The notes under the pieces were generated by a model, which was not told the origin of the DNA, made no database searches, and saw only the letters and a list, made by a program, of their open reading frames with translations. A stretch of DNA of 64,000 bases, from assembly GCA_001687465.1 (NCBI GenBank), contig LVLI01000101.1, forward strand, positions 1 to 64,000, written 5' to 3'. The translations under genes and the position numbers were made by a program. This document shows positions 39,121 through 54,807 of the stretch, piece after piece. Source of the DNA: Halocafeteria seosinensis (lineage: Eukaryota). The stretch's first letter is position 1; each line of letters opens with the position of its first letter.

Positions 39121-41505
39121 ATGAAGCGTAGTCGTAGTGGGAATGCTGCCACGGAACAAGGGAAAACATGGCCGGAAGTCTACCCTACACTTGCAGATGA
39201 GCAGCACTTATTCAACTTATGGACCAATGCCTCCCTGAAACAAAGCAAATTGGCTCTCATAGAGAACCACGGTGAAGGAAATGGAGATATTGCACAGTTT
39301 GAAGACGAAGGCGCTGTTGATCCCGAAGAAGCAGATGCAGCAGAAGAGGCCTGCATGGCAGCTGTCCATGATTGGTGCCGGCGAGGATGGTATTATGATC
39401 CATGCTTCCGGCGATTCTCACCCTTCCTGGAAGGGCTCCATTCTTGGCCAGAATATTCATATATGTTGTTCAAACCGAGCAGTAATGATGACCAACTCAC
39501 ATGCAAAACATGTGTGCCACCAAGCAAAACACAGAAAATTCTCTCGCAAGACCATCCTGGCATCTTGGAGAGGAGATATAACATTGTTTTTGCCGCGACA
39601 CAGAGCCAATCCAATGCAAAGCATCTCAAAAGATTTCTTCTTCGCAATTTTGATGGCGCGCTTCCCCAATCGATCGCGTACTTCCAATTGGGTAGGAGCA
39701 ACCAAAAGACCAACGTGCTACTTAAGGGTCTTGGGCAAGTCTGCGTTGGTCCATATGTTGTCATCGAAGATGGTTCGACGTCGTCTTTGAACAGGGAACT
39801 GAGCAACATTATCAACATAAGAGACTCCTGTGTTGATCTGGTCGTCATCAACCTAAACCGCACAGCGCGTCTGGGAAAAGATCTGGTCGTTGACCGCTTT
39901 TTTCCGGCTTACCCAATCGCTCTGACCGATGATGTGTTCATATTCACACCGCTACAGCTTGCGCAATTGAACGGGTTGTCAGAAACCAACTTTAACTTGG
40001 CTCTATCGGTTCCCAGTAGAATAATGTGCATATGTCAGGCTATGCTAGTATGCAAAAACGACTACTCGGTACAAGCTCGGGAAGTTCCAAGACGTGGGTG
40101 GGAAAAGGATGGGATGAGCAGCCACCACTCTGGCATTCGAAACGATGGAAGAGTCCTGAAAATAAGGCACCACTTATCCTATTATGCAGCACCACATTCG
40201 CATGGGTGGCTCAGTACGGATACGCGCACCATATTATCTGCGTCGTGCAAACTGAGCAAGGCAAAGACCGTGCTCGAACTTGGAACATGGTACGGGCTGT
40301 CAACAAACCATATTGCTGAGCAGCTACTGATGTCGTCGCACGGACCTACTCAAATATTTACAGTAGACGCGTTTCCAAACGTTGCGTCGTTCGGACGGCC
40401 TATCCGAACCGTTGAGCCCATTCACAAAATGTTCTACAATTATTTACGCTTGGAGACCGCTCATAGGAATTTGCAAGCGTCATCTGAGGCCCTCTTTCGT
40501 CAAGATCCCAACGGAGGCATTTACACTGTAACGGTCGACTGCCATGATGCTCCTGAAATGCTTTCTACATTCGGTGTTGTTCCTGATTTGGTTTTTATGG
40601 ATTGCGAGAAAGATACGGAACGTCTAGCGACCCTCCTCGAAAGAATTCATTGTATATTTCCCGAAACCCCCATAGTAGGAGACGACTACGTGTTCCCTTC
40701 TGTCAGAGAGGCCATCTCATCGCTACCTAAACACTATTGTTGTATTAAACTTGATGAGGCTTATGTTATCTTGCCAGATTCAGGTCCTCTCGCTGAAGAG
40801 ACAACTTGGAAAGAGGCTATTCTCCGAGAGCGAGATCAACTAGACCGGGCAAATAATATCGAAAGTTGCCCAACACAAAAGGTAGCGTCAGACATAGTCA
40901 ACACTTGCAATGTTCATAGCGGGGAAGCGATCAATACTCATGCTCACAGTACAAATTGTTTTCTTCCGGATGAAAAAGTGATGGCTTTCGTCGCGTCAAA
41001 TTTGTACTTTCCTGTTCAGCGATTAGGATTCACTGAAACCAAGAGCCTCTGGAAATGCTGCTCACGAAACTTAAAGCTCCACGATGGAGATGGCTCTACG
41101 TGTAGGAAACAACTAATCCCCTACATGCTTTCACAATTAGAGCAATATAGTCAGCTCCACGATCTCTGGTGCTGCGACGAACGTGTCCCCCGAATACTGC
41201 TTCCTATAGGAGCGTTAGATTTGGATGAATTAGTGCGTATAGCACAGTACGGCGATCCGATGAACGCGTTGGAACTGGCAGGAGCATACAGCATCGACAT
41301 TTTACACCATCCTCTCAGAGGCTGCCCAACAGCACGGTTACTGCACGAAATCTGCCACAGTTGTCGAAGAAGGAAACGCTCATCCGAGCTCAGAGCAAGC
41401 TGGAACTCTATCTTTGCAGATGTGAATGAATGGGGCGCTCCTCTTCATAATAGCGCCACTTTGACACCCTTCGATCTAATGCGTTTCGAGGCATATTTTA
41501 TGTAG
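39121..41505 (+). CDS. Intronless 794-aa protein containing a class I SAM methyltransferase (Methyltransf_24-like) domain
   Basis: HGWLS..T, VLELGTWYGLST (motif I), IFTVDAF, PDLVFMDCEK and IVGDDY. The flanking regions are unrecognised. Confidence 0.7.
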   Translation: MKRSRSGNAATEQGKTWPEVYPTLADEQHLFNLWTNASLKQSKLALIENHGEGNGDIAQFEDEGAVDPEEADAAEEACMAAVHDWCRRGWYYDPCFRRFSPFLEGLHSWPEYSYMLFKPSSNDDQLTCKTCVPPSKTQKILSQDHPGILERRYNIVFAATQSQSNAKHLKRFLLRNFDGALPQSIAYFQLGRSNQKTNVLLKGLGQVCVGPYVVIEDGSTSSLNRELSNIINIRDSCVDLVVINLNRTARLGKDLVVDRFFPAYPIALTDDVFIFTPLQLAQLNGLSETNFNLALSVPSRIMCICQAMLVCKNDYSVQAREVPRRGWEKDGMSSHHSGIRNDGRVLKIRHHLSYYAAPHSHGWLSTDTRTILSASCKLSKAKTVLELGTWYGLSTNHIAEQLLMSSHGPTQIFTVDAFPNVASFGRPIRTVEPIHKMFYNYLRLETAHRNLQASSEALFRQDPNGGIYTVTVDCHDAPEMLSTFGVVPDLVFMDCEKDTERLATLLERIHCIFPETPIVGDDYVFPSVREAISSLPKHYCCIKLDEAYVILPDSGPLAEETTWKEAILRERDQLDRANNIESCPTQKVASDIVNTCNVHSGEAINTHAHSTNCFLPDEKVMAFVASNLYFPVQRLGFTETKSLWKCCSRNLKLHDGDGSTCRKQLIPYMLSQLEQYSQLHDLWCCDERVPRILLPIGALDLDELVRIAQYGDPMNALELAGAYSIDILHHPLRGCPTARLLHEICHSCRRRKRSSELRASWNSIFADVNEWGAPLHNSATLTPFDLMRFEAYFM

Positions 41506-41855
41506 ACGTTGCTCTGAGGACTTGTGGAAACAATGCAAAAATGCTGTATACCCATTCAATGCTCCTCAATTATCTCTTGAATACCATGTGCCGGACTATC
41601 CACAGTAAGACGAACGAACCTACAAGAAGTATATCTAATAATGGTATCTATTACCCGCTTTCGGTGTTTGTGAAGATGTATGATCTTCATTCATCGAAGT
41701 TCACAAGAAGTTCATTTTTGCCCCAGATTGAATAGACTCCAACTTTTTGGTCCTTTCGCCCGTTTAAACTGAACGAGCACCCGTTGCTTCAAGCATATTT
41801 AAATGTGCAGCTTAGTAATTGGTTGAGAGAATCCGTGCATAAAGGGAAGTGCGCC

Positions 41856-43814
41856 ATGCAAGACATCCTAACGGCGATGAGCGCTGCCGTTAACGCGCTC
41901 CCAGCTGGAAGTGAAGAGGATGATTCCCCCTCCTGTCAAGGCTCCAATATCGCCCATACCACCGATGCTGAAAGAGGTGAAGCTAACAACGATGGGCATG
42001 ATTCGAACGGAGTGGTGGACAAAGAAAATGAGGATGAACACGGAGGCAGGTTGCATCCAATTCAAATCAATTCGGTCAAGACCCGCATTAGAGATGCCTC
42101 AGCAGAGGAGTGCCAGCTGTGGAGGAGGTATGAACTGCAAAGTAGTTTTGAAAGAGTGCACCAGAAGAATACCCGGAATTGTGATATTTGGTGTGCTCAT
42201 GGTGATGCAGACTACAGAAGAACTCGACCGAGGCCGAGCAGATGAGCCAGCTTAAAGACGAGTGCCGGAGGGTTCTGGATGAGCTCAGAGAGTAAGCCTT
42301 ACGTTTGTACGAATGAAGTCTAAGAAAATACTTTTCATTGGTATGGGACAGTGATAGGAACGTGCCGGTGGGAGACATTAGCACCATGCAGGAGAAAATA
42401 TTCAAGCAAGTGAAAAACATCCATCAGATATACGAGATTCCTAAATTGCAAGAAAAGGTCGCGGAGATCAGAACAAAGAGTGCGGGGACGTATGCCGCCG
42501 TACGCCGGATCGAACAGTCAATGGGCAAATACCATGGCGACAGCCGAAAGTGGACTGTTCAACACCACAAAGACAATACTGTTGCTGAACTTGAGGAGCA
42601 AGAAGCGGAGCTGGAAGCCGAAGTCGAATCTCTCCGTAAACTAGAAGCTGAGTCTATCGAAGAAAAGAGCAAACTCGAGAGGAGGGTATGTGAAGAATAC
42701 AAACAGTGGAAACGACTGCTTATTACTGGTGACAACTGGACGCGCTGCAGATAGAGACATTGGAGGCCGAGTGCAAGGACGGGAAGGAAAATGATACCAA
42801 AATCAAGCAATTGAATCATACACAACGTAAGATGCGCACACAAATTTCCGAAGGCGAATTTCGGTTAAAGTAGGCCGCTTCTTTGTTGTTTGCTTTTTCA
42901 GAGGAGCTGCGCCAGTCAATAGATGCTGCCGAGGAACGCCTGACCCGGCAGCATAACTATGCACAAGATCTGTTCTCAATCATCAGAAAGTTACGAAAAG
43001 AGAAAGCCTACAACAATGCACTCTGCCAAGGAGAACATGCCAAACGCCAGAAATCTGAAGAGGGTGGGAATCTCGAACCAAGGTACACATACAACCGAAT
43101 CAAGACTCGCAAACTCATGGAGGAACAAGGAGAGTTGCGCAAAGAGCAGGAAAAATTAAACAAGAAAGTATGTAAATATACGGTAAACCTAAAAGTTGTG
43201 TCCTATTTGAAAGTTGTTTCATTCTTATACCCTGATATGCAGTTGCACGGGCTGAAGGAACAAGCTGAACGCGAGGAAGCAAAGTCAAAAGAAGCTCTAG
43301 AGGTCGAGCGATCTGAAGAAACGCGAAACATCCAGACAAAAGTGCGTGTGACAACTTCTCATCTGTTTATCTTGCGAGATTTCCACCGCCCCTGGTTCTC
43401 TTCAGCTTAACGCCATTAAAGCTCAGAAGAAGGCTTCTCTTGAACAATCACAAAAATACAGGTCCAACCGCGTATTTTATGGCAGGCTGCAACAAAGGGT
43501 AAGTCGAAGGACGATGTACAGTGGACTCATCAATGTTAACTGTTTTTTGTATCCCACAGCTAATTCAAACTGCCATGAGCAATGGGAGCCTTGTCGCCTT
43601 AATTCTCCACTGTCTGCACCAAGCCGGTGGAGAGACAACCCTAGATGAGCTGAACAAGGACGTGCTCCGAACTGCGGAAGAGCACAAACTATCCAAGGAA
43701 ATCCAAGATAGAGTGGCAGATCGGAAGGAGCTCACACGGGCCATTTATGATATGTGCAACAATAGTTTGCTGACAAAAGACGCCTCCACTGGAAGAGTGA
43801 CTGCTTTGACATGA
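41856..43814 (+). CDS. Coiled-coil protein with short C-terminal winged-helix-like module; multi-exon, function unknown
   Basis: E/K/Q-rich heptad exons joined by GT-AG introns. The C-terminus reads ILHCLHQAGGETTLDELNK...TRAIYDMCNNSLLTKD. Confidence 0.55.
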
Positions 43815-44047
43815 TATTCAGCGGGGTAAGTTTTAAGACCGCTGATCAATGAGTACACAGTAGTAACAGGAAGTGTATGCATCCCTTTAAAGAGTTAATC
43901 CCGTCCTCATCAGAACAACATAATCAAAAAAAAGAGAGATGGGTATGGTCAACGACATTTATTGAAATAGCTTCATTTCGCCTATATCTTGGCAACACCA
44001 GTTTCATAGTCAGCCAACTAAAGGATGCATGTATTCTGTTCCATTCA

Positions 44048-45379
44048 TTAGTCTTGTTTCCTCTTACAAAATAAGCCTGTGAACCAGGATGCTGCCTTTA
44101 GTAGCACTCCAGGTTTCGGTTGGAGGTACACGGTATCACAACGCGTGCGACATGTTGGACACTCACGCAGTCTTGCCACGTGTTTTTCACTGCAGCTATT
44201 GCAAAGACTTTGATGCTTGCACGGCATGCACACAGCCTCTGATGGGTTATCGGCGCACAAAATGCAGGTTGTAGCAGATAAGTATGGAGATTCCACCTTG
44301 TCGTAAGTCAGCTTCGGTGCAGGTAGAGAACGCGATCGAAACCACCCCTTGTACCTCCTGTCGCGGAGCGGCTGCGGTTTATCATCCTGATCTCCCGGAA
44401 TCTTCTCCAGGAACAGCGCATGTACAAGCAGCGCTTGGGATACCAAGAAAGGTAACTGGGAATATACTGTCTCCAGCCATGGTCGTACGCTCCAAAACCC
44501 TACCATGGCCGATGTCGATACTTGTAGAACGCACCATCCTACGAGCACAGCGCGCATTGCCGCAGTCAAAGTGCTCCAATTAAGTGCTTTCTTGCTATAG
44601 AAGAAATAATTAAGGGGAGTTAGTAGACAGCAACCCAAAAATAGAACGAGATGAGCCTGCAAGCCACCAACTTGGCCCAAGTGTCGACCGTAACTGAAAA
44701 CTCTGCCTAGTATTGCGGCGCTTAGTCGATACAACCCGTCATGCAGAAGCAGTCGCCCTGCTTGACCATACGTAAATCCACACATAAAATTAACTAGCGC
44801 TTTGGCCCTCACCTTGCGAACATTAACTTCGTAGCTTTTCCTTATAGAGCATATGAGAAACAGCAGTCCTAACGAAGTCCAGGCAGGAGCTACAGAGATC
44901 CTGGAGTACAGGACGGAAGCAACCAACAAAAGCACGTTACTCCAGCAAAACGTAAACCAAATATGCGCCCCGATACTGTTTACAGCAATACGATTATCTG
45001 AATCACGGGTGATTAACCACTGCTTTGCCACGTCAAAGTTGATACTGAGCAAGGAAAGTACGAAGGCTAAGAACAGAATATTGAATCCCGCGTCAGTATT
45101 TTCAGCAACCGAATAAGACTTTGCAGTTAACTTAGGAATCCTGTATAAATCAGTGATCCCACAGCAAAGGCCTACAGCAAACGGTAGATACCCGAACAAA
45201 ATGGATTGTCTCGTGGCGTTGATCGTACCGAGATCTCGCGCCAGAACCTCGTGTGAAAATGTACAGAAGTCCGCAAAGCGGCTTCGAAGAAGCGATACGA
45301 CGTTTGTAACAACTTTGAACATATTACTTCTCTGTTTTCCCTCCGTGTCCTGCGTTGAAGAATATGATCGACCCCTCAT
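44048..45379 (-). CDS. Multi-pass membrane protein with C-terminal C3HC4 RING (probable E3 ligase); 5' end uncertain
   Basis: CILCADNPSEAVCMPCKHQSLCNSC...CPTCR, preceded by several hydrophobic segments. The frame stays open upstream to about 45470, so additional 5' exon(s) are possible. Confidence 0.75.
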   Translation of the reverse strand: MRGRSYSSTQDTEGKQRSNMFKVVTNVVSLLRSRFADFCTFSHEVLARDLGTINATRQSILFGYLPFAVGLCCGITDLYRIPKLTAKSYSVAENTDAGFNILFLAFVLSLLSINFDVAKQWLITRDSDNRIAVNSIGAHIWFTFCWSNVLLLVASVLYSRISVAPAWTSLGLLFLICSIRKSYEVNVRKVRAKALVNFMCGFTYGQAGRLLLHDGLYRLSAAILGRVFSYGRHLGQVGGLQAHLVLFLGCCLLTPLNYFFYSKKALNWSTLTAAMRAVLVGWCVLQVSTSAMVGFWSVRPWLETVYSQLPFLVSQALLVHALFLEKIPGDQDDKPQPLRDRRYKGWFRSRSLPAPKLTYDKVESPYLSATTCILCADNPSEAVCMPCKHQSLCNSCSEKHVARLRECPTCRTRCDTVYLQPKPGVLLKAASWFTGLFCKRKQD

Positions 45380-46126
45380 GAGAAAATTCCTTCTTGTTGT
45401 TGACGATTGGCCGCTTGTGTTGCTGCTAGCTGGTGGCTTTGTCCAGTCACCATAAACGATATGCCTCCACTAAATAAATACTCTGGGCTTCTTTTCACGA
45501 GCGTACTATTTGTTTTGAACGAAAAAAGAGGGTTCGCCGCCACCAGTAAGAAAATTCGTCCGCCTAGCCGTCTTTACCAGCGTACCATACGCCCACCTCT
45601 TGAATCCCAGAACGTACGCGCTCAATAGCTTCAAATATGAAGAGGTTCTCTGCTCTATATCAGTGATCGTATCAATCCTTCATTTCTGAGTTTCTGTCTG
45701 TAAGCCGGCTGTCTGTGATCCAGACTGTGAAGCTCCCTGGTTTTGTGAAGTTTCCGGTGATACCGTACCAAATCACTACATTGTATTACTGATACGCCAT
45801 TTCCCGATTGCCTGCTCCAATCCTATTCTAATGCTTGTTGTATTATTTCTCTCATCTCAACCAACGAATTATTTGGTTTCTTAAAGGAGCTTCCCAATTG
45901 AGGCGACAAGTCGTAAGTCTCCTGACCATACCGGTAGTGCCAATGATTCAAGCGCAATATGACCGCGGTGATTCGTACGAGCGAACCCCAGTGTTTTGAA
46001 GAAGCATTTTCTTTCGTTGTTTTCTACTCATGAAACTCCCTGTTGTTGAGGATCTAGCTCCTGGTCATCAAACACCTCTTTGGGGATAGATAGGGGGGGA
46101 GATGGGATTTCGATGACAAACGGATC

Positions 46127-47334
46127 TTATCCCTTCCTTTGTAATAGTTTAATACCTTGTTCAGTAACCTTATATGAGTAACATACCGCCGCTGTGGGTG
46201 TACTCAGACTAGGCAGGGATCCTGGACGTGTAAAGGTGTTTGTAACTCTCTTGCACACTGTGACATTACCGTCGATATCGGAAGCGTAACCCGACGCAAG
46301 GGGCTTTACGTCGAGCAAATAATCAGCCATGTCGCCACAGAAATTGACCTGCGTGCAATAGAGTCATGCGTGAAATGGCAAAGAAATTGGCACGATCGCT
46401 GAATAACGTACGGGAAACGACGATTGAGTATACGCAGCGTCACTGGTGTTACCTAGTTCGTCCAGTTGACATCTCAATAGTACACCAACATTATTCGGAT
46501 GTGCCTCATGAACTTGACGAGTCTGGGCCTTCAGGTTGTGTATGAAGCGATACAGAAGCTTGGGGGTTTGGCCGTCTTCTTGTAAGCTCTCCATCATGTT
46601 AACATCAGATATAGCCACAAGCGTTGGAGAGCCCTCGCCTTCTCTATTACCCTCATTGAAAAATTCCATAATCTGTTGAAGTGTCTTCTTGACATCACTG
46701 TATGGCAATCCCGGAATCGAGCTGTCTGAATTTTCCCCAGGATGATACAAAAGCGGCAAGATTCTGAAGTTTCGCTGGTCCCGAAGAATCGAGTTCTCTA
46801 CTCCCTGTATACATCCATAAATGGCGCATTTGTTAGGAATGCAATAAGAGCAACAAAGCGAATCAAATGAATGAAACACACGAAGACGTACGAGTTTGCG
46901 TAATATAGTCACATAATGCTCTTCTCGATAGGCATCTGCCACCAACACCACTCTTCCTCCTGCATGCACAATATGATCCCAGTTAAATACTACAACATAC
47001 ATGAGGCTTTCGAGTATGCAAAAGTAACATCGGAATTTCCATAATCGCGAAAGAGTAACATACCAGTCTTTAGCGATAAAGCGCAGCACTGGAGCATGAT
47101 CGGTAATGCATCAGAGATGGGAGACGACATATACTGGTTGCTCCTGTCGGCACTACCACCCGTATTACCGAGCACAATATCTGGGATACTAGTATCTCGA
47201 AATGTCACAACCTTATGCACGAAATCCTCTGCTGAATTAAACTGTAGTTGGTCTGAAAATTCCAGCTTCAGTCGAGTTCCTCGGGATGGCTTGCTGCCAG
47301 ATGACGTCCATGAGCTCCCTCCTGATACCAGCAT
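46127..47334 (-). CDS. ELP6: Elongator complex subunit 6-like; multi-exon
   Basis: RVVLVADAYREEHYVTILRKLG, LVAISDV, MADYLLDVKPLASGYASDIDGNVTV and YKVTEQGIKL match the ELP6 pattern. Confidence 0.72.
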
Positions 47335-47861
47335 CGTTCCCCACTATTGGCACACACTGAAACTACTAACTTCAGAAACCGAAAGACGAAATTCGCGAAG
47401 TACACAATACATACATGTGGATTCCAGCAAAGTTGGAAGTTCTCGCCTCCGACCGAACAAACAAATGTGCTACTCTCTCCGACGGTCTTTTCTTGGTTTT
47501 TTGTGGTGCGTTGCCCATTACAAAGAGTACATTTGTAAAAAGGGTTTTTTTCCTACCAAAGGTCTGCTTTTATTCTCTTGAACATTGTCGGAAAGTGGCT
47601 ATTCGACATAGAAACAGTGGAGCTACGTCTTGAATACTTGTAGGGGACGCAAGCGTTAACGGAAAAACACAATGTCTTCCCAAGATGATGTACGTTAAAT
47701 TCATTGCGGTGTTCATTACAGGACCTATATCAGTGCTAAAATAGCACCAGCGGTCCTTTGAACAAGCATGGGCAGGTGTTTTGGCTGGGGTAAAATGACT
47801 GACTGCCTTCGGAATGTTGTGCATGCACTGAAATTGACTTCTCCTCGCTACGTCTTGTACC

Positions 47862-50796
47862 ATGCAGCAACAAGACAAGGACGGAGAGAATGAATTAGAA
47901 GAAATTCAATCCATTCCCAGCTCAGAGCTTTCTTCTGATGATGAGCTTGAGACGGTAGGTACCCATTATTCATGCGGTCAGGTGGATATTGTCTCGTGAG
48001 CTTCTGTGTCTCGTGTTCAGGGCCTTACGGAGAACCAAGGGCGATTGCTATATCTTATCAGCCTGTACACGCGTCCGGCAATGGGCGATGCTGGTAAAGA
48101 TGAATGGATACGAAGACAAGCTTTACTAGTCTTAATCTACGAAGGTGTAGTTGCTCAAGTATTCGACTATGACTATGCTCCAGCCAGCGAGCTAATTAAT
48201 GGGCGGAGAAAGTATTTTAACAAGTCCCAAGAGGGTGCTTCAGACATTGATTTCCTTCGGGAGGAGGAGGTGCTCAACGGGCTGAAAAGATCTTCGAAGT
48301 CATACTTACCCGTTACATGTTACCAAATTAGCGAAAAGGGGGTGGAACTAGTACGCAAAATGCCGAAACAAGACAAGGAAGCAGTTCATGAGCTTGTTTT
48401 CGCTCCTGGTACTCGAGAGCTGTTGACAGTGGAGTGGCGAGACAACGAGTACTTCCTCATTGGACCAGGGGGTTATGAAAAGCCTTCCTCGGTAACGGAA
48501 ATAGAAGACGTCTCGTACGTATCTAGTGCATACATTCCTCAGTGTCTGCGATTTGGCGGCAGACCAACTATGAGTAATGCTCATCGAGCTGGTGAATGTG
48601 CTGTTTCCATATCAAACATTCGAGATGAGCTCGATGAGGTACGAACCCATTTATCTTGAGTGCATGTATACTGTCAGCTGAAGGGAATGATTGACCTTCC
48701 AGGTGATAACATTGAACTCGGTATCAGTAATTGTATCGGAATTTATACCATTCGGAGCAAATCAAATTGTCCAAATGAACGATAATTTGGGTTCCACGGA
48801 ACGAGTACAAGGTGGATTTTTTACGTCTAGTCTTGACGACGACTCTTCCGGCACAAAGTTCGAAGTCACGCCTGGGCTAACGAGTGTCAATATTCTTGAC
48901 TACACACTTACAAAGCACATAAATTTTGAAGCGGACATTCACTATAATCCCAGCGAAGGAATTGTTCAAGTTGAAACGTTCGGAGTGTCCGCCAATGCCG
49001 ACGGAACTATGTTCTACGGAATGCAGGTCGAAGCGGTAATGGACCGTATAAAGGACAATATCTCCATTGACCACCTGTCTCGACTCCTAGTGGACGTTGC
49101 AACTGATTCTACCTCCATAATCGATTCGGTTATTTCGCCATATCAACGGAGACTTATGAACTTAATATTTGATGGAGACGCTTCAGCTCGAGATAAAGTG
49201 AACCTCATTGTCGCTAACGAGATTACACCCCACTTGACATCTGAAGAATACATGGACCGCGGTGAATACGAAAACGAGCTGAAGCAAGTACTCGGCGACG
49301 TTCGAGCGGCCTTTGATGTGTCTCCGCATGATACTCTCGTCTTTGGTCAAAACGGGCTTTTGATAGCAGGGCCAAATGCCCGGCATCACGAACCACTACT
49401 TTGCAGCTTCGTCCAATTCAACGGAATTGACCTATTTGTGAGAAACTTTTGGAACAGGTAGGTGAATGGTAGCAAGCGTACTGCTAGTGATGATGTTTAC
49501 CTGGTTTCCTACCCTTTTTAACCCGAACTTCCGCAGATTGTTCCTTATCATGGACAGCATGAAAGATGCGCGGGCGATGGTCAACTCCTATGAAAAAGAC
49601 CCAAATAGCCTGTCAATGATACGAAGAGAGCTACAGCAGCTGTCAGACGACGTCCGTCTGCTTCATGAGGTCCTCGGTTACCTTGGTGAATCCTTGGAAG
49701 CTTGCGAGATTCCGCCCGAGCCTCTAGATGCTGCTGGAAAAGCATTGTACGAAAGACTGCAAATTGCTGATTTGGCCGGTCAGCTCAGTATGCGTGTCTT
49801 AGATCTTAAAAAGAATATGGATGGAGCTTCAGAAGAACTCTCGTTCGTGCGGAGTCTCGCTGATGTCGTTGCCGAGAGACAATCAACAGGAATCGTTGCA
49901 AACCTCGAATCCAACTCCCGACAGCTATTGCTTCTAAACGAAACCCAAGAGAGGACTGCATCATACCTCGAAATAATGTGCGTAAAACATTTTGTTCCAG
50001 GGCTTCAACCCTAAATACTGAGCATTTCGTCATTTCAGGCAACTCATGCTGGCGGCGGCTTTAGCCTTCGGTATATTGGACAGACTCACCGGGCCAGGAT
50101 GGAGCATTCTAGACGCACCCTCTCTACGTGATTTTGCAGAACCGATGATAGTAAACACTCCTATCATATGGTTCCTTATAAACATCGTGTTCTGGGTGTG
50201 TGTTGTGTACGCGATTCAACGATACTTCGCTAGCAAAATGTTTGCCGAAAAAGTAAGATCAACTAGTGACTGACTTCGTCGTACATCTTGCCACGCCATC
50301 CGATGCATACCGTCTCGCAGGGTAAACTCTTGTTGCGAATCAAAATCAATCAAAAGCTAAACATTGGAAATTTCTTCAACTTTATTTCCACTAAACTCAC
50401 TGCACTAGAAGAACGACGGATTGACGAAAACAACAGCGTAGTCCGCGTCTCTTGGGAGGAAGTAGACAAAGAGAAATGGGGAGGATTTTCTCCGTTTGTC
50501 GTGGTAAGTAGCGTATTTCGTCGGATATGCTCCATCTACGTTTCATTCTCCTTCACATCCCCGTTCAGATAGAGTACGACAAAGCAACTGAGTTCATGCA
50601 CAACATTGAGGTCCATTATAATCGACGGAAAGCTTCAAAGGAGACTGCCTATACTGCTCCCGAATTAAGGAATAAAATCTGCGACGAACTGCTCAGCAAT
50701 CAGGTTTTCGAGGATCCCAACTACGACTTCCGAGAGCACTTGGACGCAGACGATAAGCAAATGGGCGCTATGGTTTCAATATCCATGAGCGAGTAG
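47862..50796 (+). CDS. Conserved-looking membrane protein with CorA-like layout (soluble domain, long helices, two C-terminal TMs); about 7 exons
   Basis: Complex N-domain (LIYEGVVAQVFDYDYAP), long amphipathic helices at 49540-49980, and two TM segments (MLAAALAFGIL; IIWFLINIVFWVCVVYAI). No GMN motif. Confidence 0.55.
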
Positions 50797-50803
50797 AATA
50801 ATT

Positions 50804-53530
<2,727 letters not shown>

Positions 53531-53989
53531 TTTCAAATTCCTCTTTTGGCTCTAGAATTCTTTTCGCTCTCCCACTACAGCTCTACTGCAGGCCATTCTA
53601 CCGTTTTCAGTATGTCCTGAAGATTAAAACAATATAGTGAGTAACGCGAAACGCCATCACTGAGGTCTTGCGGTTTTAGCTGATAATACGGAGGCAATGC
53701 CGCCCTCTACTAGCCTCTAAGGTTCAGAGACTTCTTGCTGGTCTGGAGGAAGCAATCTTTTCGTGGACTTTTGATCCACGCAGCACGGGAAGCGTAGTTT
53801 CCCGGTGTAGTTACAGCGATAGTGGTGTGGATCGTGATGAGATGAGGAGGGTTGAGGGTGACGAGATTAGTCTGCCTCGCTGTACGGTTATTGATGTGGA
53901 GGTGTAGGATAGAGATACGTAAATCTGCGAGGAATTGTGGAAGCCTTCGAGATCGATAAATAAGCTTTTCTTAAAGGCACGGATATATC

Positions 53990-54807
53990 ATGCACACATG
54001 GACCTCTAGGTCAAACGCTCTAGCGTTTTATGCCTTTTTTGGTAGCTGTCTGTTGGCATCGTATGCAGCAGTTAGGTAAGATAGATACTTGCGCAGGTGT
54101 GCGCGGACCACAAGACCAGGGAAATACTTGATACTGATGGTGAAATTGTGGTGTATCCTTTGTGCAACGCAGTTCATTATGGTTAGGAGGGGAGCCAATC
54201 ATCCGGGAGTGCAGGATAGCGAAAGTTGAGAAGTTTACGAGTGATTCCCATGCAAAGAAAATGAATCCTTTAATAAGAGCACCGCAAGGTGAAATCGCGG
54301 CATTGAGAACTAACATTGATACCGGTAAGTTGAAAGTATCGATTCTGGTAATAAGCCTTTACATACGTCGCTCGACTCCCTGTTCGTTCAGACTTTAGAC
54401 CATTGTTCCATTGGAATGTGAAGCAACTATTCGTATTCGTTATAGCCGAGTATCAGACAGGTCATAACGTAAGGCTGGTCCATGGGATCTAAGAATGATT
54501 ATCGACACCTATTATAGCTTGCTTTTGCTGATTGTTACAGGAAACTAGTGAGGTGACCATTTTTGACACAATAATTAGGAGTCCGAGCGAGGCTAACATT
54601 CAACTGCAAAGCGTCGGAAAGTACTTTATCGTCGATGAATCGGAAAAGTTAAAGGGTAATCTAATGAAAATCCATCTGAAATGGGACATTATGCCAGCAA
54701 CAGGCATTCTTTTCTCTGGGAAGAGTGACTCTGTGCATTCACTTCGCTTGCCCAATGAGTACTGTTTCGACGTGCAGTGCCAATGGGAAGATTCACCGCA
54801 AACATGA
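53990..54807 (+). CDS. SPCS3: Signal peptidase complex subunit 3 (SPC22/23); 4 exons
   Basis: MHTWTSRSNAL+TM, DFRPLFHWNVKQLFVFVIAEY, EVTIFDTII, KYFIVD and WDIMPATG. Confidence 0.9.
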
